This document shows, in pieces, positions 38,901 through 48,074 of a DNA stretch of 58,799 nucleotides. The notes below the pieces were generated by a model, which was not told the DNA's origin, made no database searches, and worked only from the letters and a program-made list of their open reading frames with translations. This stretch comes from Candidatus Zhuqueibacterota bacterium (lineage in GTDB: Bacteria > Zhuqueibacterota > Zhuqueibacteria > Residuimicrobiales > Residuimicrobiaceae). The stretch lies in NCBI GenBank assembly GCA_016934435.1, contig JAFGSU010000516.1, positions 1 to 58,799 of the forward strand, given 5' to 3'. Each line of letters starts with the position of its first letter. The first letter of the stretch is position 1. A program made the translations under genes and the position numbers.

Positions 38901-41900
38901 TCCGGAATTTCTCTTACATGCCATTGAAATGTATCAAAAAATGGATAACGAGCCCAGACTTTTGCTCAATATTAAAAGACTGGCACTGCTTTATGAGATC
39001 GGCCGTCAATACGACATGGCTATCGAATATTATCAGCGAGCCATTGACATGGAGGCCAGGTATAATGATTACGATAACTTGCTGAGGAGTTATCGCAGCA
39101 TTGCCTACAATTTTCTTAACCTGAAAGAACCAGCCGATGCAATTGAATATGCGCGCAAGGCCTATAATCTTTTACAAAGTGGCAAGGTGAAAACCGTAAA
39201 AAGTGAAGCCAGCCGTATTAAAGTGGGGTTTTTAGGTCTGTATGTACCGATCCCTTTTATCGATCTCAGCAATATGGCCGGTGGATCAACACGCAGTTTT
39301 TCTACTGAGGATGAACTGGCGCTCATCTATTCCATCTTTGGCGAAAGTTACGTTCTGACCAAAGACTATGATAGCGCTATTCCATTTTTTTTGAAAAAGA
39401 TAGAAATTTTTCACAAGAGAAAAGACGATCGTGCCGAGGCCATTTTTTATAACAACCTGGGTTATATATATTTTCTTCGCGGTGATTATAAAGAAGCCTG
39501 GAATTATTTTCGCAGCTCCTTGCGGTTGTGTGAAAAGAATAAAATTTTCCAGGGAATCATTGAAAACAATCTTAATCTGGGAAGGATCGTCAGCAGCTGG
39601 CATCTTCAGAAGAAACAGGGGCAAATACTACCCCTGAATCAGACGGAATTCCAGGCCTATATCGATGACGCAGCGGAGAGAATTAATATAGCGTTTAAAA
39701 CACTCGAAGAATCCGAAGCGTTTTATAGTCGTGAGAGGTGTCAGCTTTTGTTACAGCTGGCGGAACTTACAATACTATATTCACAGGAAGGGAAAAGCGA
39801 AGGTGTTTTGGCGTCCATTGAAGCATCGCTTCTGCAAATTGAAAAAGCTACCCTTGCAAGCGTTTATCTGAAAGAAGTGCTGGAAATCAGTCAGCGCTAT
39901 CGATTGTCTGATATGGAAGCAATGGCGCACTATGCTCTGGGCGAACTTAATCGCTCCATCGCAGATTTCGATAACGGTTTAACTTACCTGCAAGATGCTC
40001 GTCGCATTGCATTACGGAATGGATTGTTTGAAATTCTCTGGCGTATCGATCTTGGTTTGGGCGACCTGCATGTTGCAATGAATCGTGAGACAAAGCATCG
40101 CCTGATCATCCAACAGGATGCCAGTGAATTCTATTTTGAAGCCATTGATATTCTTGAGACACATCCTGAATTAAGCAAAGACGATGTGGTGCCGGAAATG
40201 CGACAGGCGAAAAAATTGCCCTATCTGCGTGCCATTCAATATTTGGCGGCAAAAGGAGATACGCTTGGTTCATTAATTTTTGCCGAGAGAATGCGGGCGA
40301 AAGCCTATCTGGATTTGGTCAATTCAGAGGAAATCGTTTTACGAAAAGAGCGGCACAAGATTTATTTCGGCAATGCCCGTTTTGTGCAAAAGAAACTGGA
40401 TGAGATAAATAGCAATTTGTTGCGCGCCAAAAACCAGGCGGACATACCGCCGTATCAGGTGCGAGAGTGGCAGCGACAACGCCGTGATTACCTCGAAGAA
40501 TATGAAAATATTATCGAAAATGTGCGAGCCGAAATCCCGGAATTAGAAAATATGGTACGCGTCAATCCGGTCGGGCTCGCTCAGGTACAACAACAAATCA
40601 ATTTTGACGAAGCACTTGTCTTTTTCCAGTCATGTGACAGTACCATGTTATCCTGGACTATAACCCGGGAAGCGATCAAACTGTCGGTTCTTCCCATAAC
40701 GTCTCGGAAGTTGCACGATAGCATGGCGACCATGATACGAACCTTGCCGCAAGCTGACAGTTTGTACAGCAAAGGTCACATCTTCGAACAATTGATGAGA
40801 CCCATAAAAGAACTTGCTGAAGAATTCAACCGCATCGTCTTGATTCCTGAAGGGCAAATGGTTTATTTCCCCTGGAACGCCTTGATTCTCTCTCAACTAA
40901 AGAATAATACTTTTTCCCAGGTTTCGGCAAGTACAAGTCTCACCGCCTACTATTACGCCAGCCAGAAGCGGAAAATTCAAGGCGATCGAATCTTCATCGC
41001 CGACAACCGCAATTTGGCTCAGGAACTCGGCAACCAGCGATATCGAGTTGTTCAGCCCACACCGACCGCGCAACAAAAAGTATCCGAGATTCAGTTCGGA
41101 GCTATGTCATTAAGCGATATCATCCACTTGCGGATTGAAAGCGAGTGGAACACGATAGATCCTTTACAATCAAAAATTGGATTCCGCATACCACGCTCCG
41201 CACCAGCTGTCTTTAATGTTAAGCAGCTTTATCAGAATAATTTTGCCGCCGGATTAATGGTATTGCAACCTAATACATCCCTTATTTCAATCAAAAGCGA
41301 CGAACCCTTTTTGGCCTGGGAGCGTGGGCTTATCTATTCGGGTGTTCCAGCCATGATGCTGTCATTGTGGTCCGGCTCGGCTGAGAAAGAGGAAGCATTC
41401 TATCGTGATTTTTATGCGAATTTGATGGAAATGCCGCCCGGGAAAGCCCTGACGGCAACCCAGATGAGTCGGCTTTCTCGCAATGAAGATATTTCGGAAT
41501 GGGGTCGATTTCAGTTGTTTGGATTTGGCGGCATGACATCGGAAGAGGAGCAACTGTATGCTGCCGAAGGATTTTCCGGCAAGGTGCGTCGCGGTCATAG
41601 CGCATTCGATTTAGGGGAGTGGTCGGATGCCATTCGATTCTATGAAGAGGCGCTGCAAATGGCCGAGCGTCAGCGAGAGCAGGAGAGCATCGCGTTATTG
41701 AATCAACGTATACTGGAAAGTGCCGTGAATGGCGCGCTATGGGAGAAGGCGATTGATTTACAGAATCGTCTGCTCGAAGAAGCGGAAAATGCCCGCGACA
41801 TCAGTGGAATAGCAAATAGTTACAATAATCTGGCTTTTTTCCATACTCAGAATGGTCAATTTAATCAGGGAGTGGCATTTAAAGCCAAATATAGCGAATT

Positions 41901-44439
41901 GGCTAATAGATACGGTTTGCATCAGGAGGAGGCAAAATCCCTGCGAGAAATGGGTCTTATCTATGAGCGCGGCAATCAACCGGAGAAGGCACTGGAATTA
42001 TTTCAACAAGCCAAAGAAAAATTCGAACAGATTGATGACCGAACGGGCACGGCACAGAGTCTGCGCGATATGGGGCGAATCTATTTCATATATTTCGATA
42101 ACTATACGGCTGCTCTAAAGGTGCAAGAACAGGCGCTATCGATTTTCCGGCGAGGGCCCATACAAATGGATCTGGTCGACGCCTGGCAAAATCTCGGCCT
42201 TATTCATGAAAAAATGGGTAATTATCAATTGGCGCTATCCTGTCAGGAGACCGCTTATGATCTGGCCCTGCAATTGCAGGACTTAAAATACATCGGACTG
42301 GCTCATCAATATCAGGCCAATGTTTTATGGAAAATGGGTAATTATCAAGCGGCCCTGCAGAACCAAAATCACGCCCTGGAAATATTTACCGAATTGGGCG
42401 ACGAAAAATTGTTGCAGGTGGCACTCGCCACCCGGGGTCTCATCGCCTTGAGTTTTAATCAATTTGAGCAAGCGCTGGCGTTTGAAGAACAGGCCCTGCA
42501 ATATGCCCTGCAAAGAGACGATCAACACGATCAGGCTATGATCCACAAAAACATCGGGCTGGTCCATCGAGCGCAAAAAAAGAATGATCTGGCATTGGTA
42601 AGTTTTGAGCAGGCGGCGATGATCGATTCAACAATCGGTTCAAAGCGCGGATTAGCCTACGATTATCGCAATCTGGCCGCTCTCTACGGAGAAGAAAATC
42701 GCACCGCCCTGGCCATACAAACTGCTTCGCGGGCCTTATCCATGAGTGTGGAAATAAATGATGTGCGCAACCAGGCGCAGAGCTTATTGGCGCTGGCTCA
42801 TTTGATGCAAGAGACGGCACATGTGGATACCATCGCCGTGATACTGCAAAAAGTCGTGCAATTATCCGAAAGCCATTTTATGCCGGAAATCACCTGGCGG
42901 GCTCAGAAAAAGCTGGCCGAAATCGAGCGCGATCGCAACCATATTCCGGCCGCCATCGAACAGTTTTATCGAGCCCTGGACACCATTGAAAGCATGCGGG
43001 CGCGTATTCAGGTAGAAGAATACGCCGCCGGATTCATTGATGACAAATTGGATGTTTATGGTGAATTGATTGACCTGCTTGTAAAAGAGAACAAGGCTGA
43101 GGAGGCATTGATCGCTTGCGAGAGAGCTCGAAGCCGCAGTTTTCTCGATATGCTCGGTCAACGACGCATCGATTTTTCTTCAACCCGGGAAACAACCCTG
43201 ATGTCGGTTCGGGATAGTCTGCAGGTATTGCTGAATCAAGCTCAAACGGAATTGATTTTTCTACGCTCCCTTCAGGATATCTCACAAACCCGACGTATCA
43301 AGGAACTCGAGTCACAGGTAGAGTCGCTTCGAGCGGAATTCTCCCGACACCTCCTCACGATGCGAGAATACAATCCGGAATTCTCCGATCTGGTGCAACC
43401 GCAACCATTACAGATAGATACGATTAAAGCCTTGCTCCCGGATAGCACCGGGCTGATCGAATATTTTCTACTCCATGACAAACTGATCATCTGGCTGGTC
43501 ACCTCTCATTCTGTTCAGGCGGTGACAACCGCCCTCACAGAATCACAGCTCGACCAGGATATATTCGACTTGCGTCACAGCCTCGAGCGCCAGCTGTCCT
43601 TCGACGAACTGGCCAAGCGAATCTATGGTTATCTGATCCAACCCCTGGAGGAGAAATTGGCGCGCCTGAATCATCTCATTCTCATTCCTCATAAAAAGTT
43701 GCATTATTTGCCGTTTGCCGTCTTGCATGCGGGCGATAAAAATTATTTTGCTTTTAATCATACCCTGTCGGTCTCACCCAGCGCAACCATCTTTGGATAC
43801 TGCTTGAAGAAAGGGAAAATATTTTTATCAAAGGATGAAAAACAAATGGATGTACTGGCATTTGGGAATCCCGATTTGGGTGATCCCAAGTTATTTCTGC
43901 CATTTGCTGAGCGAGAGGTTAAGAGTTTGCAACGTTTTTATCCCAATGTTGAATATTATCTTAACCAGCGCGCCAGCGAAACACAATTAATTGATTCCGC
44001 TGCCGATGCGTCATTACTCCTGTTTAGCTGTCATGGTATGTTTGATGATGCCAACCCGTTATTGTCTGCCCTGCTTCTGTCTCCCGATGACGCCAATGAC
44101 GGGCGTCTGGAAGCTCATGAAATATTTTCATTGCAACTGGACGCTGCGCTTGTGGCGATGAGCGCTTGCGAAACCGGATTAGGCACTATCCGCAGCGGGG
44201 ATGAAGTAGTCGGACTCTCCCGCAGCTTTATCTATGCCGGAGCGGCCTCGTTGATGTCCAGCCTCTGGAAAGTCGATGATTTAGCGACCGCTGTGCTGGT
44301 TAAACGGTTTTTTCGCTATCTGGCAGAAGGATATTCCCGCGCACAAGCATTACAAAAAGCCCAGAAGCTGGTTTATGAGGCCGTTAATCCCTACCCGGCC
44401 TACTGGGCGGCCTTTACCATCACCGGCGATTTCAGGTAA
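35956..44439 (+). CDS. Giant secreted PD40 beta-propeller / TPR / degenerate-CHAT / TPR / CHAT (caspase-like) protein
   Basis: 2827 aa with a signal peptide. TolB-like PD40 repeats are present (SPDGKWMAYV, WSPDSKSLFYVS, SGDGKKIAFVSDRSG, WSPDANRIVF, YFTSDRGGNLDIWSI). There are dozens of TPR units. The C-terminal CHAT domain has FSCHG (His codon 44032-44034) and MSACETG (Cys codon 44167-44169). Confidence 0.9.
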   Translation: MEHNSIIFRLRFAPIILLAGWLLLGVKEVAWSQDAESSVEKPDFYQVTTHPDIDLSPRISPDGKWMAYVVRQTYNFDIWVRGTRGGRTRQITYTQADDFYPVWSPDSKSLFYVSQTKDAAGDIWRIRLKEVKRSMFPKGEPERITDYQGFDGYPAVSGDGKKIAFVSDRSGRDEIWLYDEDTRLTGQLTFLGGTHPAWGVNKNLLAFTSFRSDPHCNGDIWLMDLTENNPASALESKNQESPEPAVWPLTYGPAADGFPSWSPDANRIVFLRFEFDTNGDGVLSPADCGELWHIKVGVPPEESMQSELLQSPFRDLLQRSFNPMMVRAATPLTSSGTNIMQPWYGGDRRVYFTSDRGGNLDIWSIPESGPIPRQENVQSQLDYVDQMYPLNARASLQSLGPLYLGFRELSFSSKERRTLWDRILALKYVIEYFPEEPAITAQTVYELGVNYAFLGFERQARDYWQTLLQRFADERRIAFYSELALLGLKVDTTPDVRMAEDFRREINSLIEKYKDQVEPASVAQIAVGDLFYLSGDHMRAFQEYAKVQKNYAKQRDACAASQLKIGDVFKEFASQQEVINAYLEVLKNYPDQRQWMVPARERILQILTEGTHSDQELISRYREIAGQYTDFGILAVEAQYRIGQLLYKIGDYREAGQEYEVIETLFPSLPVEVFNAQMGRTEALIQSGESMKAFDLLQSLVIKHKDSNKAFANQAENKLVQAYLYSADQLRGGGDLQLASVRYRAAWMIDLRNIHAHRGYLECKYYMRAIDDAIIEYRQLNTLNPGNNILQYALGLAYSYKGTEKAELDGDPDGLDPYYLVSRSGGTIARALSLDYTLVPAYLTISYNAEMMENYEARQRSKPKPFLTKVWRTLTAPIISLYHSLTFYEETKPVRYYERAIHELNKAIVLNDETVDPKLEASLALNLANNYYNLGEFGYEKAYEFYQVKLKYDSAFVDKQRQALIYERMGHCALVTEDLQKGPEFLLHAIEMYQKMDNEPRLLLNIKRLALLYEIGRQYDMAIEYYQRAIDMEARYNDYDNLLRSYRSIAYNFLNLKEPADAIEYARKAYNLLQSGKVKTVKSEASRIKVGFLGLYVPIPFIDLSNMAGGSTRSFSTEDELALIYSIFGESYVLTKDYDSAIPFFLKKIEIFHKRKDDRAEAIFYNNLGYIYFLRGDYKEAWNYFRSSLRLCEKNKIFQGIIENNLNLGRIVSSWHLQKKQGQILPLNQTEFQAYIDDAAERINIAFKTLEESEAFYSRERCQLLLQLAELTILYSQEGKSEGVLASIEASLLQIEKATLASVYLKEVLEISQRYRLSDMEAMAHYALGELNRSIADFDNGLTYLQDARRIALRNGLFEILWRIDLGLGDLHVAMNRETKHRLIIQQDASEFYFEAIDILETHPELSKDDVVPEMRQAKKLPYLRAIQYLAAKGDTLGSLIFAERMRAKAYLDLVNSEEIVLRKERHKIYFGNARFVQKKLDEINSNLLRAKNQADIPPYQVREWQRQRRDYLEEYENIIENVRAEIPELENMVRVNPVGLAQVQQQINFDEALVFFQSCDSTMLSWTITREAIKLSVLPITSRKLHDSMATMIRTLPQADSLYSKGHIFEQLMRPIKELAEEFNRIVLIPEGQMVYFPWNALILSQLKNNTFSQVSASTSLTAYYYASQKRKIQGDRIFIADNRNLAQELGNQRYRVVQPTPTAQQKVSEIQFGAMSLSDIIHLRIESEWNTIDPLQSKIGFRIPRSAPAVFNVKQLYQNNFAAGLMVLQPNTSLISIKSDEPFLAWERGLIYSGVPAMMLSLWSGSAEKEEAFYRDFYANLMEMPPGKALTATQMSRLSRNEDISEWGRFQLFGFGGMTSEEEQLYAAEGFSGKVRRGHSAFDLGEWSDAIRFYEEALQMAERQREQESIALLNQRILESAVNGALWEKAIDLQNRLLEEAENARDISGIANSYNNLAFFHTQNGQFNQGVAFKAKYSELANRYGLHQEEAKSLREMGLIYERGNQPEKALELFQQAKEKFEQIDDRTGTAQSLRDMGRIYFIYFDNYTAALKVQEQALSIFRRGPIQMDLVDAWQNLGLIHEKMGNYQLALSCQETAYDLALQLQDLKYIGLAHQYQANVLWKMGNYQAALQNQNHALEIFTELGDEKLLQVALATRGLIALSFNQFEQALAFEEQALQYALQRDDQHDQAMIHKNIGLVHRAQKKNDLALVSFEQAAMIDSTIGSKRGLAYDYRNLAALYGEENRTALAIQTASRALSMSVEINDVRNQAQSLLALAHLMQETAHVDTIAVILQKVVQLSESHFMPEITWRAQKKLAEIERDRNHIPAAIEQFYRALDTIESMRARIQVEEYAAGFIDDKLDVYGELIDLLVKENKAEEALIACERARSRSFLDMLGQRRIDFSSTRETTLMSVRDSLQVLLNQAQTELIFLRSLQDISQTRRIKELESQVESLRAEFSRHLLTMREYNPEFSDLVQPQPLQIDTIKALLPDSTGLIEYFLLHDKLIIWLVTSHSVQAVTTALTESQLDQDIFDLRHSLERQLSFDELAKRIYGYLIQPLEEKLARLNHLILIPHKKLHYLPFAVLHAGDKNYFAFNHTLSVSPSATIFGYCLKKGKIFLSKDEKQMDVLAFGNPDLGDPKLFLPFAEREVKSLQRFYPNVEYYLNQRASETQLIDSAADASLLLFSCHGMFDDANPLLSALLLSPDDANDGRLEAHEIFSLQLDAALVAMSACETGLGTIRSGDEVVGLSRSFIYAGAASLMSSLWKVDDLATAVLVKRFFRYLAEGYSRAQALQKAQKLVYEAVNPYPAYWAAFTITGDFR

Positions 44440-44473
44440 AGCATCCTGTGGGTTTCTCTGGAAAAAACAAAAA

Positions 44474-46075
44474 ATGAAAATGCCGCTCATCAGAAAACTG
44501 ACTCTGATCCTCATTCCGACACTGGTGCTGCCACTCGTCACCTACACCGCCTTTCAGGTTTTCCAACGCAGTAAACAACAGGCATTAATCCAGTCCATTT
44601 ATGAACAGCAATTGAATAGCATTCTATTCTCCATTAATCAAAATTCATGGGACCGTTTGAATAGTTGGGCCGGTTCTGTTAATACAATACTATATTACAG
44701 TAAGAACTGGAGAAACGATGATCAGGTTGAAACAAATCTGATCAGGTTGATGAAACGCTATCGTTCCATTGTTGCAATCACCATCTGTTCGGACTCGAAC
44801 CAGATACGATCGATCGCCGAACCGGAGGTTGAATCTGTGCTGGAACTTCAGCGGATGCGCTCAAGATGGAGGACGATTTTGCAAGATTCCGCCATTGGAA
44901 TTGAAAGAATGTTTAGACTGGCAAGGATGGATTATATCAGACCTCTGGTGATTCCATGGGAATCGCAGCGCCAACAATCTTTCACCTGTTTATTGATTCC
45001 TGTTTCGCAAGACGCCACGATTACGGCGGAGGAAAATCTTGTAGCAGGTCTGTTTTTGAGTAATATTGATTATATTGAGGAGATAGTAGCGCGCAAGATA
45101 GAGGAAATGCATTTGGAGGGCTTTGTCTTCGCCATCAAGAAACAAACCAGCGATCAAGTGTTATACTCAACTCGGGATGTGGCAATTGATGAGTTTGAAC
45201 AGAAGGCGCCTTTATGGGTTCTGCCGGATCTGGAGCTTTTAGTTAAAATGCAGGGGCTCACCTTAACCATGTTGTCCAAACGTCAGGCAACCTTGAATCT
45301 GTTCCTTCTTGTTGCTGTGAATTTCCTGTTTCTGTTTGGCATTTTTTATCTGGTACGCAATATGAAAAAGGAAATGGCGCTGGTCAGGTTAAAAACCGAT
45401 TTTGTTGCCAATGTTTCCCATGAGCTTCGGACGCCTTTAGCTTTAATACGCATGTTCGCTGAAATGCTGGAAATGAAACGTGTGAAATCCGAAGCAAAAA
45501 GGAGTCATTATCTTCGCACCATCATGAACGAGAGCACGCGGTTGACACAGCTTATCAATAATATCCTCGATTTTGCCAGGATCGATTCACACAAGAAAGA
45601 ATACCGGTTTGTCAGAGCGGATATAGTCGAGCTTGTGAAAGAGACACTGGACATGTACCGGTTTCATTTGGAACAAAAGGGTTTTTCGGTTTTGGAACAA
45701 ATCGAACCGAAAACACTGATGATAACCATGGATCGAGATGCCGTAATACAGGCTCTGGTCAATTTATTGGATAATGCGGTCAAGTTCAGCGTTGACAGCA
45801 AACGAATTGAGGTCACACTTTTGCAGGAGGATGCGTCTGTTCACCTACTAGTAAAGGATTATGGCATAGGCATACCTGAAAGTGAAAGGAAAAATATTTT
45901 TGAGAAATTTTATCGCGTTGAAAGCAGCCTGGTGCACAACACCAAGGGTAGTGGGCTCGGCCTGGCATTGGTGGATCATATCATGTGTGTGCATAAGGGA
46001 AAAGTGAGAGTGGACAGTAAAACAGGACAGGGCAGCACCTTCACTCTGATCTTCCCAATCGATGACCTGCAGTAA
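44474..46075 (+). CDS. Sensor histidine kinase (two TM segments, ~270-aa extracytoplasmic domain, HisKA + HATPase_c)
   Basis: The H-box is FVANVSHELRTPL, the N-box is LLDNAVKF, G1 is DYGIGI and G2 is GSGLGLAL. The ATG at 44474 avoids overlap with the upstream gene. The ORF track start is 44375. Confidence 0.92.
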   Translation: MKMPLIRKLTLILIPTLVLPLVTYTAFQVFQRSKQQALIQSIYEQQLNSILFSINQNSWDRLNSWAGSVNTILYYSKNWRNDDQVETNLIRLMKRYRSIVAITICSDSNQIRSIAEPEVESVLELQRMRSRWRTILQDSAIGIERMFRLARMDYIRPLVIPWESQRQQSFTCLLIPVSQDATITAEENLVAGLFLSNIDYIEEIVARKIEEMHLEGFVFAIKKQTSDQVLYSTRDVAIDEFEQKAPLWVLPDLELLVKMQGLTLTMLSKRQATLNLFLLVAVNFLFLFGIFYLVRNMKKEMALVRLKTDFVANVSHELRTPLALIRMFAEMLEMKRVKSEAKRSHYLRTIMNESTRLTQLINNILDFARIDSHKKEYRFVRADIVELVKETLDMYRFHLEQKGFSVLEQIEPKTLMITMDRDAVIQALVNLLDNAVKFSVDSKRIEVTLLQEDASVHLLVKDYGIGIPESERKNIFEKFYRVESSLVHNTKGSGLGLALVDHIMCVHKGKVRVDSKTGQGSTFTLIFPIDDLQ

Positions 46076-46096
46076 TAAAAGTGAGAGAATATTGGC

Positions 46097-46780
46097 ATGG
46101 CGAAAATATTGGTTATAGAAGATGAAACAGAAATGGCCCAAGGCTTGAAGGATAATTTTGAATTTGATGGGCACACGGTTTTAATTGCCGGCGATGGCGA
46201 GCAGGGTTTGCAGATGGCCCAGAATACCGATATACACCTCATCCTCCTGGACATCATGCTACCGAAAAAATCAGGCCTCGATGTCTGTAAAGAGCTGCGC
46301 GCCATGGGCATCAAAACACCGGTCATTATGCTGACGGCCAGAGGACAGGAGATCGACAAAGTGCTGGGATTAGAGTTTGGTGCGGATGATTATATCACCA
46401 AACCATTCAGCGTGAGGGAGCTTTTAGCGCGCGTCAAGGCTGTATTACGTCGGTATCCGCCGGTGGATGGCACAGCAGAAAAGAAGATTCGTATCGGCAA
46501 ATTGACTGTAAATTTTCAACGCTATCAGGCCGAGGACGATAAAGGAGAGGTCGAACTGACCCATAAAGAATTTGATATGTTAAAATATTTTTATGAACAC
46601 AAAGGCCGGGTTGTAAGCCGGGAACAACTCCTGGATGATGTCTGGGATTACAACGCGAGCCCTACCACACGGACCATCGATAACCACATTCTCAAACTTC
46701 GTAAAAAAATAGAAATTAATCCGGAACATCCCCGGCACCTGCTCACTGTTCATGGAATCGGTTACAAGTATATCGAATGA
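46097..46780 (+). CDS. OmpR/PhoB-family response regulator
   Basis: The receiver domain has a DD pair and LILLDIMLP as the phospho-Asp region. The winged-helix output domain is LTHKEFDMLKYF...TRTIDNHILKLRKKIE...VHGIGYKY. Confidence 0.95.
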   Translation: MAKILVIEDETEMAQGLKDNFEFDGHTVLIAGDGEQGLQMAQNTDIHLILLDIMLPKKSGLDVCKELRAMGIKTPVIMLTARGQEIDKVLGLEFGADDYITKPFSVRELLARVKAVLRRYPPVDGTAEKKIRIGKLTVNFQRYQAEDDKGEVELTHKEFDMLKYFYEHKGRVVSREQLLDDVWDYNASPTTRTIDNHILKLRKKIEINPEHPRHLLTVHGIGYKYIE

Positions 46781-46923
46781 CTGCAGCAGCGAGTGTACGC
46801 CGCTCCACTGTCCGTGAACACGCCGTTTTATTAAATTTACATTTTTTTACATCTATTTACACAGCCATGACAACAAAAACCGCGGCAATGAGTATATTTC
46901 ACTTGAGAGAGGAGGAATATCCG

Positions 46924-47967
46924 ATGAAGTGCTTGCGGATTATTGTAGTAATGATTGGCTGGTCTATGACGGTGTGGAGCATGGATATGAAACGTGAACT
47001 CGATCTGAATGGCTCCTGGCGCTTTGAAATCGGCGATGACCCGGTTTATGCAACCAACCTGTTCGATGATTCTGAATGGGAGATGATTCGTGTGCCGGGT
47101 CGCTGGGAAGATCAGGGCTTCCCCGGTTACGATGGGTATGCCTGGTACCGTACCACTTTTCTGCTATCCGCCCAGTTGAGGGACAAAACACTTTTTATTC
47201 ACTTGGGTCGGATCGATGACGTAGATCGTGTTTATCTCAACGGCCATCTCATCAATGGGGAAGGAAGATTTCCCCCCGATTTTGAGTCGGCATACACAGT
47301 GGACCGCTGGTATTATTTGCCATCTTCTTATTTGAATTCTGAAGGAGCAAATTTAATTGCCGTCCAGGTGTACGACGATTTTTTAGAAGGCGGAATCATT
47401 TCCGGTTCGATCGGCATCTATTCCACGCGCCATCAACCCGACTTGCTTGCAGATCTCACAGGCTTTTGGAAATTTAAAACAGGGGATAACCTCGGCTGGG
47501 CGGATGACAATTTCAAAGATGCGGATTGGGATAGCATCCTGGTGCCGATCCTCTGGGAGTTTCAGGGGTATGAAGACTATGACGGCTATGCTTGGTATCG
47601 AAAAAAGATCATCATAAAGAACGAATGGCAGCGGGAAACGCTTATACTGGCGCTCGGCAAGATCGATGATATGGATGAAGTGTATTTCAATGGTCAAAGA
47701 ATTGGTAGCACCGGGCGATTTCCGGTCCATGATGCAAATCCCAATAATGTATTCTGGCTATATGAACGATTTTATACAATTCCATCCTCGCTGGTGCGCT
47801 GGAGCGGTGAAAATACCATCGCCGTCCGCGTTTACGATATCTGGATAGACGGCGGCATCTATGAAGGGCCTATAGGTCTGATGACCAGAGAAAGCTATCA
47901 AAAATACGACCCGGCGAAGCAAAACCGTATTTTCGATTTCCTCAAAAGTGTATTTTTTCCCGAATAA
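46924..47967 (+). CDS. Secreted protein with two tandem galactose-binding-like (GH2-N / 7TMR-DISMED2-like) jelly-roll domains
   Basis: The ATG at 46924 follows GAGGAGG. The signal peptide is MKCLRIIVVMIGWSMTVWS. There are two ~165-aa repeats, each with W...VP..WE.QG...YDGYAWYR...LG.IDD.D.VY.NG. The track's N-terminal extension from 46777 is unlikely. Confidence 0.8.
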   Translation: MKCLRIIVVMIGWSMTVWSMDMKRELDLNGSWRFEIGDDPVYATNLFDDSEWEMIRVPGRWEDQGFPGYDGYAWYRTTFLLSAQLRDKTLFIHLGRIDDVDRVYLNGHLINGEGRFPPDFESAYTVDRWYYLPSSYLNSEGANLIAVQVYDDFLEGGIISGSIGIYSTRHQPDLLADLTGFWKFKTGDNLGWADDNFKDADWDSILVPILWEFQGYEDYDGYAWYRKKIIIKNEWQRETLILALGKIDDMDEVYFNGQRIGSTGRFPVHDANPNNVFWLYERFYTIPSSLVRWSGENTIAVRVYDIWIDGGIYEGPIGLMTRESYQKYDPAKQNRIFDFLKSVFFPE

Positions 47968-48074
47968 TTTTTCGAGCTGTTACGGAAATGACGGCAGAAC
48001 TCATTATTCTGCTAACCATTTCAATGTTTATGATAGGCTTGACTATTTTATTCATTGGAATCTATGCGCTCCGT

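Noticed and set aside
35956-44439. The CHAT protein as part of an anti-phage or conflict system (type III CRISPR-associated, CBASS-like or STAND/ternary system). The ChlI-like/VWA pair at 48075-50047 was also considered as a MoxR-VWA conflict module.
   Set aside because: The CHAT protein has a signal peptide and periplasmic-type PD40/TPR domains. No cas, cyclase, NTPase-STAND or effector genes are adjacent. The AAA+ protein is clearly ChlI/BchI-type rather than MoxR-type, lies on the other strand, and is separated from the CHAT gene by a two-component system. There is no positive evidence for a defence role.
44375-44473. N-terminal extensions proposed by the ORF track: the histidine kinase from 44375, the jelly-roll protein from 46777, the GlgD-like protein from 50234, YbaK from 52697, the lipoprotein from 15641 and the LysM protein from 15924.
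   Set aside because: The extensions overlap upstream genes or lack ribosome-binding sites. Internal ATG codons preceded by strong Shine-Dalgarno sequences give proper signal peptides or family-typical N-termini.
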